Shown here: in pieces, positions 49,301-61,726 of the stretch
Layout of the letters: the number at the start of each line of letters is the position of its first letter
Numbering within the stretch: position 1 is the first letter of the stretch
From: Centroscyllium fabricii
Taxonomy: Eukaryota
Length of the DNA stretch: 64,000 nucleotides
Direction: 5' to 3'
Assembly (NCBI GenBank): GCA_051313645.2
Contig: JBNRSN020000016.1
Location: forward strand, 80,104,001 to 80,168,000
Notes under the pieces: model-generated
Seen by the model: the letters and a program-made list of their open reading frames with translations, nothing else
Told to the model about the DNA's origin: nothing
Database searches by the model: none
Position numbers and translations under genes: made by a program

Positions 49301-51201
49301 GTGACGTCCGCGGTGTGGGACTGTGAAGCTAATGAGACTTGGTAGTTAGTGGGCAGGACCTGCAGTCCGAAGCGCCGCACTGTATTAGGGTGGATAAAGC
49401 TCTCGGTGCTGCCCGTGTCAAAAAGGCAGTTGACCGTGTGATCGTTGATTTTGATTGGCCTTATGGAGTTAGACAGGGTGTGGGGCTTGTCCTGGCTAAC
49501 TGTAGGTCCGGTTGCCGCAGCCCCTGCTGAAGGGAGCTGCGCACAAAATGGCCGCCCCCCTGGCTTGCACATGGAGGGGCCCTGAAAACAAAATGGCCGC
49601 CCCCCTGGCTCGCACATGGAGGGGCTCTGAATACAAGATGGCCACCCCCCTGGCTCGCACGTGGAGGGGACCTGAATACAAGATGGCCGCCCCCCTGGCT
49701 CGCACATGGAGGGACCTGGGGAAGACAAGATGGCCGCCCCCTGGCTCGCACATGGAGGGACCTGGGGGAAGACAAGATTCTGTTTGTACAGAGCCCTGGC
49801 GTGCTGGCGGTGCCCGTGATCCGCACGCAGCGAACCGCGGTGAAGGCGCTGGCGGCGACCGTGGTTCGCACGCAGCTAACCGCGGTGAAGGCGCTGGCGG
49901 TGCCCGTGATTTGCACGCAGCGAACCGCGGTGAAGGCGCTGGCGGTGCCCGTGATCTGCACGCAGCGAACCACGGTGAACGCGCTAGCGGCGCCCGTGGT
50001 TCGCACGCAGCCGGCCGTGTAGGAGGGTCGCGTTCGGCTGGTCGCCGCTGCATCGAGGTGGGGGGGGGGCGCTTGCCGTCGGGATAAATTACTGCAAATG
50101 CAGCTTACCTGTTCCTGAGAGCTCTCACAGGCACTGTTGTACCTTTTTGGTGCTGCAGCTGGATTGGATCTGCAGACCTTTGAGAAGTGTCCCTTCTTGG
50201 AGCATTTGTCACAGGTCGCCGTCTTGGCTGGACACTATGCCCTGGGGTGCAATCCTTTGCCGCAAAAATAACAATGTTTATGCTTAGTGTCCGTGGTGGC
50301 TGTCGCGGCCATGGTGGGGCTCTCGATCCGTGGCGCCTGTTGGGTCGCGGCCCAAACGTTGTAAGCTTGGTAGCTGGTACCACCATACATCTGAGATTTG
50401 TTGCGGGCCCCTTCCACCGATTTTGCTAACGCGGTTGCCTCTTCAAAGGTCAGATTTTCCTTTTCCAGTAGCCTCTGACGTGCTACTGCGCATCTTAGTC
50501 CTGAGACGAAGGCGTCCCAGAGGAGGAGGTTTTCCTCCTGTATCATAGTCATTCCACCCTTACAGCCACAGGCCCGTATCATGCCCCGGAGCGCTTGCTC
50601 AAACTCGTCGTTTGACTCACCGGGTAGTTGAGGTCGGGTCGCTAGTAGGTGGCGGGCGTAGACCGTGTGCGCCGAGTGCTCGTAGTACCTCTTGAGGGTC
50701 GCCACCATTTCCACGTACGTTGTATGGTCCTCGATGAGGGTGAAAACCCTGCTGGAGATCTTGGATAGCAGTACTTGCAGTTTTTGCGCATCCGTTTCAG
50801 CCTTGGCGACTGCCATATAGGCCTCTAGCACTCTGAACCAGAGCTTGAAGGTGACCGGTGCCGCGGCATCCTGGGGGCTAATGTCCAGCTCCCGAGGCCT
50901 TACCGTGCTGCTCTCCATTGTAAAATTATTAATTAAAATTGTAGCGTGGTCGCTAACTTAATTAAAGACGACTCGTAGTTACCGTTAATACAAGGCTTTT
51001 AATTAATAAAGAATGGAGCTAATCTCCTCGGCAGATCACATACAGGAATGAAAGGGGCTGGGTCAGACCACACCTTTATAGTGCTCCCACCTGGGGGGAG
51101 GAGTCGGGGGTGTGGCTGACCTGGCTCACAGCAGCATCTTTGCACACAGGTATACAACAATGGTAACCCATATAAGGGTTACCCATATAAGGGTTACCAC
51201 A
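46360..51201 (-). mobile_element. Gypsy LTR retrotransposon C (Mag-like), young
   Basis: 262-bp LTRs at 46360-46621 and 50940-51201 with 2 mismatches. TSD AACCT (46355-46359 / 51202-51206). Confidence 0.96.
46633..50918 (-). pseudogene. Element C gag-pol: pol frame open (46633-49728), gag with TAG at 50235-50237 and two linker indels
   Basis: LFDTGS, YLDN (48562-48573), SDAS, HHCC, DDE; gag with two knuckles. Confidence 0.92.
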
Positions 51202-51206
51202 AACCT

Positions 51207-52530
51207 AAAACACAAAATGCTGGAGACAGTTGGTATCCGTGGAGAAGGCTGACAAATTGATGTTTCAGGTGTACATCCTCCATCAGAACTGGTTTTGTTG
51301 AATTCTCTGCCACCTCTCTTCCAAGAATGACCACCTTGAAGAAGTTCCATTCCTCTCTGATGTGATTTTCATTTGTCTCTTTTACCTTGTTCAGCTTCAT
51401 TGCTCTATTTCTCCTCTTGTGTTTGATCTTGAGTTGGCTAAAACTTACTTTCACAGCCATATCTCTTTACTCAGCTCTCATTCCAGCTCCATCTCATTCC
51501 ACGTGGATTCTGACTTAAATGTTACCCTTCCTTTTTCGGATCCACTCATGATCACAGATGTCTCTGTGATATTCAATGTTCCTTTAACCACTTTTCTTGC
51601 TGGTTCATGAGATCCACCATGTGCAGCCACATGCATACTCTCAACCTCTCTTGTCTGCAGCATTGAGTCACTTTATTTCAGAGGTGTCCTGGTCTTCATT
51701 TCCATATTACCCTTCATCTCATGTGATGCTTTAACAAAAAACTTTCTTTCTTCCTTTCAGATAGCAAGGACTGTAAGCTTCAATTACTCTTGGATGCCAG
51801 GCTAGTCATCTTCACTTTCTTCCGACCCCCATCTCTCCTTCCACTCTCACTCGTTGCTGCATTTTCACTATCCTCTCGAACCTTCCTTCCCCTCTCTAAA
51901 TGGCCGGTTCTTTGCAAGGGCCTTAGCTTCACCTCCCAACAGCCCACATCAATGAATTACGAACTTGACATGATGCCAAACTCTTCTTTTGCTGCCTTTA
52001 CCTCCGTGGCTAATTGTTTGGCCAGGAGGCTTCCGCTCACAAACCTAACCCTTTCTCCGATCTTCACTCCTCCCCAATCCTCCTGGACGCCTCTTGATCT
52101 TCGAGAACTGCTGGCATTATAATGGCTGTATCAGCTCCTCCACTCCCTTTACTCATTTTAATGCATCTCCCGCTGAACTTTCAGCCCTCTATTCTCAGGT
52201 CCAATAACAGCATCATTATCAAACCTGCTGACAAAGGGGCGGGGGTTATTGTCATATTTGTGGAAGAAGCTTTATCTCACCGAGGCTGAACGCCAACTCT
52301 CTGACAATGCCACCTATCTCCTCTGGATCACAACCGTACTACTGAACACCAAGTTATAATTTCCCAGACTGTTACTGATCTCATTTTCTCTGGAGAGCTC
52401 CACCCTCAGTCCTTCATCTCACAGATCCCCACTGATTTAAAAAAATCCGTTCTTATGAAGTGCCCACACCTGAAATATCAACATGTTCTCTTCACAGCTG
52501 CTCGGTACTTCCAGCATTTCTGTTTTTGTT
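51207..52530 (+). mobile_element. Degenerate Penelope-like element
   Basis: VLCKGLSF and IIIKPADKG remnants, PLE-type terminal repeat sequence at both ends, and decayed hammerhead-like cores near 51260-51290 and 52450-52480. Confidence 0.65.
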
Positions 52531-52680
52531 TTAGTCTTTTAGTGACATGTGTGAGATTTGGATCACAGGTCACACACAGATTAACCAGAGGATCTTAGGA
52601 GGTGTAAGGCTTTTTATTAAAGAGCTACAGTTTTAAAGCATAATCAGATATTACATGTGGTCAAAGCTGAGTATAATATG

Positions 52681-53400
52681 ATGTGGAGGTGCCGGTGTTG
52701 GACTGGGGTGGACAATTGTAAGAAGTCACACAACACCAGGTTACAGTCCAACAGTTTTATTTGAAATCACAAGCTTTCGGAGCGCAGCTCCTTCATCAGA
52801 TGCATCTAAAGAGATTCATTTAAACACAGCATATATAGAGGAGAGAACAATGTAGTCTTTCCAACTGTTCAACATCACACCTCAGCAGAGAGACATCAAA
52901 GCAATCAAAGGTGTTTTAACATATCAGTCAGGCAGCAGCCTGAGATCAATGAGGTACAGTCACAAAGGGTCAAATGTTGCAGTCTGGTGTCTGTGTGAAA
53001 ACCCACAGAATGATTTTTAAAAAAAAAGGATTTTTATTACTGAAAATCGCAGCCGCATCCGCGTCGTGAGAACAAGCCAAAGACGACTCGAGTCTGGATG
53101 AATCTACGTCAGGCGGGGTCACATGTAGCGCAACATGAAGCCAATATCATGGTTGAGGCCGTGCTCATAGGTGCGGAACTTGGCTATCAGCCTCTGCTCG
53201 ACGATTTTGCGTTGTCGTGTGTCTCGAAGGCAACCTTGGAGAATGCTTACCCGAAGATCGGAGGCTGAATGTCCTTGACTGCTGAAATGTTCCCCGACTG
53301 GGAGGGAACACTCCTGCCTGGCGATTGTTGTGCGGTGTCCATTCATCTGTTGTCGTAGTTTCTGCATGGTCTCGCCGATGTACCATGCTCCGGGGCATAG
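52681..53400 (-). mobile_element. Penelope-like element 3' fragment (GIY-YIG and terminal repeat)
   Basis: ORF 53119-53412: CPGAWYIGET..MNGHR..VGEHF..EQRLI..GLN. Confidence 0.85.
52765..52805 (-). ncRNA. Minimal type I hammerhead ribozyme motif in the PLE terminal repeat
   Basis: CUGAUGA-a-GGAGC-ugc-GCUCC-GAAA followed by palindromic AAGCUU. Such motifs are known in PLEs. Confidence 0.7.
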
Positions 53401-54163
53401 TATAATAGACATACAACCCGTGACAGTAGAAACTATCTCCGACTCCCGAAGCGGACCACCACGACCGGACGGACGGTTGGTTAGATGCCCAATGAGACAG
53501 CGTGGAGGTCTCGGGTCAGCGGGTCTCTGCAGCCAGTAACGGCAGCCACTTCTGTTGATTCATCCCTCGAGCTGTTGGAGGTGTTAAGCATAAGCCAGCA
53601 TTGATCCACCTCAGAGGCTAAACTTGGTCAAGGTGTTAGGCCTGAGCCAAAATTGATTTCCACCTCGAAGAAGCCTCGCTGTCTGAATCCCTCTCTCAGT
53701 CGTGTAGTTAATTCGGTGGGCTGGTGATTATCTGGTGTCAATCATCTATAATCCAATTGTGGTGTGAGAAGACATTTCTCACTGTCCCTTTCTTCATGGC
53801 TGACGAGGCCTTTCTCTTATCTTTCTGAGGAATGTTTTATGTTTCTTTAAGGACATTTTATGACTTTGCGGCTCCATTTTGTCCAGCTATGGTATCATCA
53901 CCCTATGTTGTCTTGCATTTTACGATCCTTTTATCACTTCCATTTTTCTTTCGGTGCTTGTTATTTGACCTTGCTGGCACTTCAGTCATTTGTTCCTGGC
54001 TGCATTTCAATCTCTGTTCTAAGAATCAAAATCTCATCTATGAATCTAATAACTATTTCTTACACATGGAAGCTAAGGTAGCCCCTCCTCCCAGAAGCTT
54101 TCTTTCACTGCCCGAATGAGATGAGCAGCAAGAAGCCAGATTTACAGAAGCAAATCAGACAGC

Positions 54164-54662
54164 AGCGGGACAGAGTGGGCAGGTCAGTGAGGAGTAGGCA
54201 GGAGCGGGACAGAGTGGGCAGGTCAGGGAGGAGTGAGACAGATTGGGCAGGTTAGGGAGGATTGGGCAGGTTAGGGAGGATTGGGCAGGTTAGGGAGGAT
54301 TGGGCAGGTTAGGGAGGAGTGGGCCAGAGTGGGCAGGTCAGGGAGGAATGGGCAGGAGTGGGACAGAGTGGGCAGGTCAGGGCAGGAGTGGGACAGAGTG
54401 GGCAGGTCAGGGAGGAGTGGGACAGAGTGGGCAGGTCAGGGCAGGAGTGGGACAGAGTGGGCAGGTCAGGGCAGGAGTGGGACAGAGTGGGCAGGTCAGG
54501 GCAGGAGTGGGACAGAGTGGGCAGGTCAGGGAGGAATGGGCAGGAGTGGGCAGGTCAGGGAGGAATGGGCAGGAGTGGGCAGGTCAGGGCAGGAGTGGGA
54601 CAGAGTGGGCAGGTCGGCAGGAGTGGGACAGAGTGGGCAGGTCAGGGAGGAGTGGGACAGAG
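54164..54662. repeat. G-rich variant minisatellite (GGAGTGGGACAGAGTGGGCAGGTCAGG..), left part
   Basis: Seen directly; it continues after element D. Confidence 0.9.
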
Positions 54663-57600
54663 TGTGGTGAACCATTTAGTGTAGTTCACACTGTGTTATT
54701 ATTGTATATAGTTTGGGCTAATAAAGTTGTTCTTTTCTGTAAGCACCTGGACCAGCTGACCCCGCCTCCGGGTATGAGTATAAAGGAGGATGCTCCACCC
54801 ACCTGACTCTCATTCCGGGCAGGACTCATCGCGGACCAGGTCTTGTTCTTAGCGAATAAAAGCCTTTGATTACGATCCACGAAAGACTGGCGTGATTGAT
54901 TAGCGCATCAATTTTATTCGCTAAGATTTACAATGGATGATGAGCCAGGACAGAGCCAACAGCCAGCTGCACCAGACACCTGGAGATCGATCCTCAAGCC
55001 AAAGACTCTCGACCTCAACCCCCAGGCACCGAACGCTTCGAACGACTTCGAGCACTGGCTGAGCTGCTTCGAGTCGTTTCTGGTGGTGGCCGGAGTCAGC
55101 GATACACACAAGGGACGGGTCCTAGTCTCCTGCGTCAGTGGCAGGGTCTTTGTAATCATCAAGAACGCCACTGACTATGATGCAGCGTTGGAGCTGCTGA
55201 GGGCTCGGTACCTCCAGCCTGTCAACGCCGTCTACGCTCGCCATCTACTCGCCACGCGGAGGCAACAGCCTGGTGAGTCGAACGAGGAGTACCTGGAGAC
55301 TCTTCAGGCTCTCGCTCTGTGCTGCGAATGTGCACCCGTTAACGCCCAGGAGCACATGGACCTCCTCGTCCGTGATGCCTACGTGGCAGGAATCCGATCG
55401 GCCCCAGCGCGCACCCGCCTGCTCGAGCAGGATTTTTTGTCCCTGAACCAGGCGGTGAAGCTCTCCAACGCGGTGGATGGGGCCCTCCGCAGCCTGGATT
55501 CGTACACGGGGCACGGCTCCCACACGGTTTCCCCTGGGCCTTGGGACTCACGTTTAACGCCCTCGACGGCAACCGTGGCGGCCACGGCGCCATCCGGACA
55601 GCCAGCGCCCCTGAAATGCCATTTTTGTGGCCAAAAACGCCACCCACGAAGCTCCTGCCCAGCGAAGTCGGCATCGGGCTCCAGGTGTGGCAAGAAGGGC
55701 CACTTTGCGAAGGTCTACCGATCGGCCCCGGAATCTACAAAGAAAACGGCAGCAGCCTGCAATCTCTACGCCACAGAGTGGCCTCAGGTACCTGGCGCCC
55801 CCCAACAGCATTTTTTTAAACAACTATTACCTACCTTGCCTCGGGTGCGGCCTGCCTGCGCCATTTCCCGCATTCTGCCGTCTTCCTCTTCCGACGAAAC
55901 GTGGGCGCCGTCGCCATCTTTGGGGGGCGCGGCCTTCTTCATGCCTGGAATGACGCGAACGGGCGGCAGAGGCCCCACCCCATCACGTGACGCCGCCGTC
56001 TCCCTGCGTCACGTCAGCAGCGGCCCCCCCCCCCATCACGTGCCGAAGACCGAACGGGCGGCAGAGGCCCCGCCCCGTCACGTGACGCCGCCGTCTCTCC
56101 GCGTCACGGCAGCAGCGGTTCCTCCCCATCACGTGACGCCACCTTCGGAACGCGTCACGGCATCAGCGGTCCCGCCCCATCACGTGACGATGCCATCTTG
56201 GTGCAGGACGGCCTGCATACCTACAGCGGAGGGCCCGACGCCATCTTTGTATAGGAAGATTTTTAAAGCACCGGCTGCTGCAGCAACTAGTAACTTTAAA
56301 TCAACCTCAGTGGTTCTGGCAGCTGCAACAGACTACTCCAGACCACTTCAGCATCCGGGTGCTGCTGCTGCGCCGCGAGCCCTTCGGTCTTCCCGACGGC
56401 ATTCTCGGAGACTCACCCACCGGTCCGAAACACCACCGTGGCCCGCCGTGTGCGAATCACGGGCGCCGACACCAACCGCGGACCCTGCATCGCACAAGGG
56501 CCCCAGCGTGCACACCACACTTGCCTCTACGGCCCCATAACCCATCTCTTAATTTATCAACGATGACCACCCGGGTGGAGGGGCACCTCACCTGCTGTCT
56601 GTTCGACACTCGGAGTACGGAGAGCTTTATACACCCTGATACAGTGCGCCGTTATTCCCTCAGGGTTAGGCCCACGCATCGTAAAATCTCCCTCGCCGCC
56701 GAGTCCCAGACTGTGGACGTCATCGGCTGCTGTACAGTCACCATTACCGTGAAGGGGACGACATACCGCAATTTTCCACTGTACGTCCTCCCACAGCTCT
56801 GTGCCCGTGTTGCTTGGCCTGGATTTCCAGTGCCATCTGCCGAGCTTAACGATGGCGTACGGTGGTCCCCTGCCTCCTCTCATGGTCAGCAGCCATGACT
56901 GCCCTGCCTCACAACCACACTCCTCTTGCGGTCTGTCTACCTTGAAGATAGACCCCCCCCTCGCTGTTCGCCAACCTTGACCCTGACTGCAAGCCCATTG
57001 CAACCAAGAGTCGGCGATACAGCGCGGGGGACCGCACCTTTATTAAGGCAGAGGTTGCCCGGTTGATGCGGGAGGGCATCATCGAGGCCAGTAACAGCCC
57101 GTGGCGGGCCCAGGTGGTAGTGGTTAAGTCGGGCAACAAACAGCGCATGGTCATTGACTATATTCAGACCATTAACCGCTACACTGGGCTCGACACTTAT
57201 CCGCTTCCTAGGATAAATGATAGGGTCAACCAGATTGCCCAGTATAAGGTCTTCTCCACCATCGACCTTAAGTCGGCCTATCACCAGCTCCCCATCAGAG
57301 CTGAGGACCATAAATACACTGCCTTTGAGGCAAATGGGCGCCTTTTTCACTTCCTCCGGGTCCCCTTTGGGGTTACCAATGGAGTTTCGGTCTTCCAACG
57401 GGAGATGGACCGAATGGTTGACCAGTACCATTTGCAGGCCACATTCCCGTATTTGGACAATGTCACGATCTGCGGCCATGATCAGCAAGATCACGATGCC
57501 AATTTGGACAGGTTCCTCCGTACGGCCCAGCGTCTGAATCTCACTTACAATGAGGCTAGTTGGCTATCCTCAGCTACGTAATTGAGAACGGGGTCCTCGG

Positions 57601-59643
57601 TCCTGATCCCGAACATATGCGCCCCCTTCAGGAGCTGCCTCTGCCGCACTCCTCCAAATCTTTGAGGAGATGCCTGGGGTTTTTCTCGTATTATGCACAA
57701 TGGGTTCCCCATTATGCTGATAAGGCCCGGCCTCTCCTCAGAGCTACCTCCTTCCCGCTCCCATTAGAGGCCCAAATTGCATTTTCACATATTAAGCAGG
57801 ACATCATCAAGGCAACCATGCACGCTATTGATGAGTCTCTCCCCTTCCAGGTCGAAAGCGATGCCTCAGACTTCGCCCTGGCCGCCACCCTCAACCAGGC
57901 AGGCAGGCCCGTTGCTTTCTTCTCCCGTACCCTACAGGGCCCTGAAGTCCGCCACTCTTCAGTGGAAAAGGAGACACAAGCAATAGTGGAAGCAGTGCGC
58001 CACTGGCGCCACTATTTGGCCGCTAAGCGTTTTACCCTTCTTACTGACCAGTGGTCAGTAGCGTTTATGTTCCACCATAAACAGAAGGGTAAGATCAAGA
58101 ATGACAAGATCCTCAGGTGGCGGATCGAACTCTCCGCCTTTGAGTACGCATTCTGTACCGGCCAGGGAAGCTTAATGATCCCCCGGACGCCCTGTCTCTG
58201 CCACCCGGGGGTCACCAGGCTCGTTCACTTTGTCAAAACATGCAATCTCCCTTATTCCATTGCGGAGATCAAGGCGATGACGCAGGAGTGCCCTGTCTGT
58301 GCTGAGTGCAAGCCTCAGTTTTACAGGCCTGACAGGGCGCACCTCATCAAGGCCACCCGCCCATTCGAGCGCCTGAGTGTGGACTTCAAGGGTCCCCCTC
58401 CCCTCTACCAATCGTAACTCGTACATCCTCAGTGTGGTCGACGAGTTCTCCCGTTTCCCTTTTGCATTCCCATGCACAGATATGACGAGTGCAACAGTGA
58501 TAAAGCATTTTATCACGCTATTCGCCATTTTCGGCCTTCCCGGCTTCATACACTGCGACCGGGGGTCCTCTTTTATGAGCGACGAACTGCGTCACTTTCT
58601 GCTCGCGAGGGGGGTTGCCTCGAGCAGAACAACCAGTTACAACCCCCGGGGGAATGGCCAGGTAGAGCGGTTTAATGGGACCATCTGGAAGGCCATTTCT
58701 CTGGCCCTTCGATCCAAAGGCCTTCCAACCTCCCACTGGCAGGAGGTCCTCCAGGATGCGCTCCACGCTACTCGTTCCCTTTTGTGTACAGCTACCGGTT
58801 GCACTCCTCACGAGAGACTCTTCTCTTTCCACAGGAAATCGACTTCGGGGACGTCGCTGCCGACATGGCTTACCAATCTGGGGCCGGTCCTGCTTCGTAG
58901 ACATGTCCGGGGGCACAAGACGGACCCTCTTGTTGAACGTGTGCGCCTGCTGCATGCCAACCCTCAGTACGCTTACGTGGAGTACCCAGACGGGCGTGAG
59001 GATACCGTCTCGATTAGAGACCTCGCGCCCGCTGGAGACGTTCACGGGGAGTTGTTGGCGGAGCCCTTGCCCTCCCAGGTCGCACTTCCACAACAGGGGC
59101 CTACTTTTCATTCACCGGCGCACATTACATCGGGGCCCTTGCCACCTACAATGCACGACGGAGTTCATCACGTTGCTCAACCTCCGGCGGCTGCTACACC
59201 TCCACCAGATCTTCCTGCGTATGAACCTACTCTTCCACCGGTGGAGTCCCTGTGCACTTCGGGAGCTCCGTCAGCATCTTTTCCGATTGCGACTACTCCC
59301 GCTTTTTCTTGTGAATCGCCATTGCTTCGCAGGTCTTCTCGGTCTGTTCGACCTCCTCAAAGACTGATAACGCAGTGCTGATGTTCGCCCCGCGGGACTT
59401 GTTTTTTAAGGAAGGGGTGAATGTGGTGAACCATTTAGTGTAGTTCACACTGTGTTATTATTGTATATAGTTTGTGCTAATAAAGTTGTTCCTTTCTGTA
59501 AGCACCTGGACCAGCTGACCCCGCCTCCGGGTATGAGTATAAAGGAGGATGCTCCACCCACCTGACTCTCATTCCGGGCAGGACTCATCGTGGACCAGGT
59601 CTTGTTCTTAGCGAATAAAAGCCTTTGATTACGATCCACGAAA
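54663..59643 (+). mobile_element. Gypsy LTR retrotransposon D (Mag-like), end of the 3' LTR deleted
   Basis: LTRs 54663-54910 and 59422-59643 (last ~25 nt and right TSD missing). PPT AAGGAAGGGGTGAA. Confidence 0.93.
54933..59381 (+). pseudogene. Element D gag-pol with multiple frameshifts
   Basis: gag 54933-56540, LFDTRS, YLDN (57450-57461), RNase H and integrase 58377-59381. Confidence 0.9.
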
Positions 59644-59985
59644 TCAGGGCAGGTCAGGGAGGAGTGGGACAGAGTGGGCAGGTTAGGGAGGATTGGGCAG
59701 GAGTGGGACAGAGTGGGCAGGTCAGGGAGAAATGGGCCGGAGTGGGCCAGAGTGGGCAGGTCAGGGAGGAATGGGCCGGAGTGGGCAGGTCAGGGAGGGA
59801 TGGGCCAGAGTGGGCAGGTCAGGGAGGAATGGGACAGAGTGGGCAGGTTAGGGAGGATTGGGCAGGAGTGGGCCAGAGTGGGCAGGTCAGGGAGGAATGG
59901 GCCGGAGTGGGACAGAGTGGGCAGGTCAGGGAGGAATGGGCCGGAGTGGGCCAGAGTGGGCAGGTCAGGGAGGAGTGGGACAGAG
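59644..59985. repeat. G-rich variant minisatellite, right part
   Basis: Seen directly. Confidence 0.9.
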
Positions 59986-61726
59986 GAGCAGACAGAATTG
60001 GATACCTGAACTGCTGCCGTTCCATGATGTCCGAGCAGCTGGGTGGTAGGAGTGCGGTAACTTGACATCTGCGGGAAGATCGACAACCATGGGTGATGGT
60101 AGGTAACATTCAGTAAACAGGTTATTGAAATAATAGCAAACTAAATTTCAAACATCCATGAAATCTAAAACAAACAAGTTGAAGTCCTGTGATTACAGCT
60201 GCTGTTCCAATATCAGTTATCTTGTTTTTACAGAGACTAAATGGTAAATATTTAGGCAGGCACTGGGTAGCTATTTACTGAACAGGTGGAGACTTGAGTC
60301 TAGTCTGCAGTCGACACTCATTTAATAAGTATAAAATGTCTTGAAACTTTAAAGTTATTTACTTCAAAGTTGCACCTTTTATCATTTTAAAACTCTCAAT
60401 AAAGAAATTATTTAAAAGCAAACTCAGCAAACTCTTTATTCAACAGGTAAACCTTTGTGAAGAGTGAGGCATGGTAATTGAATGATTTTACCAGCATTAG
60501 CCATTTGAAATAATTCTTCCCCTTTCAGAACAGGCATGTCATGGTCTGTAAATTTTAGTGGTGAATAATATCATAAAGCAGAAATGCACAGGACCAAAAA
60601 TGCACTTAATGTGCAGTGTTGTTTATATTAGTGTAACTAAATAATTGAAGTTTCCTTTTAATTTTGAGTTCAGTGGTGAACTATGACTTTAATCCTGAAA
60701 TGAATTGAAGGAATATCAGGAGGGCAGCAGTCCAAAATATTATCACCTGATTACCTTTGATCTGTTACTTTCACTCTCTGTACTGTAACAAAGGTCCTAC
60801 AGCAAAGCTAGAGGGTAGATGCATTTTGTAATGATATTGTTGAAGCAATCGAGACATAGTCTCATCATAGGCTAGACACTTCTGTACAAGATAAATGAAA
60901 CACTTGGAAAGAATAATGCTGAACGTGTACATACCCATGTTCAGCAAGCTCAGACTAAACAAGCTTAGCCCAAAATGGATTAACAAACAAATTAAAAGTG
61001 AAATAAAGAGGGAAATAACCTCTACAAATCCTGCAGGGAGAAAGAGAAACAGCTAACTGGAATGAACACAAGGCCGTTCAAAGTACATTACAGGGGTGAT
61101 GAGAGGCAAGACAGAGCTAGAAGACAGCATCGTTGCAGAGGCAAAACATAATAATAAAAATGTTTCAGTATTATAATAGCAAGAGGACTATCAGAGATGA
61201 GAACTTAAAATATGCACATGCGGTTAAGCATAAGGGAAAACATTAACAATGTGCCCTCCCCAAAATAAAGGAGTACCAAGGCTAAATTCAGGACTTTGAT
61301 ATAAAGATGGCGGCAGTCCTAGACATGCTGAAAAGCTTAACACAAATAAATCCCTGGGAATAGATGGTATTTATCCCAGACTGCTGAGAAATTTGCAAGG
61401 CACTGACAATCATTATGAGGGAGCATTGAACACAGGGGGAGTACCATTGGAAATAGCCAAGAATTAAGGGGCCCTTCACAATTTTCAACATTTTCACAAG
61501 TGTACAAAGAGTACTCTTTTTTGCTACCCCCTCCCTCCCCCCTGGAAGTGTACACCAAAAATGTTGATTGACGGCGGGATTTCAATCGACATTTGCTTAT
61601 CTTCAGTAACTACTTGTGACAATGAATGCCACACTCTAATAGTCTTCTGCCACAATAATTTCCTTTTAACTTGCCTCTTTAAACTTCTTGTACTAATCCT
61701 AAATTCCAATCTACTTGTTATGAATT

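Noticed and set aside
52548-54150. Possible further minus-strand LTR interrupted by the Penelope fragment
   Set aside because: A TG start and antisense AATAAA are present, but no matching end or TSD could be identified.
54281-54806. Gly/Arg/Trp-rich ORFs here and at 59625-60109
   Set aside because: Artefacts of a stop-free minisatellite.
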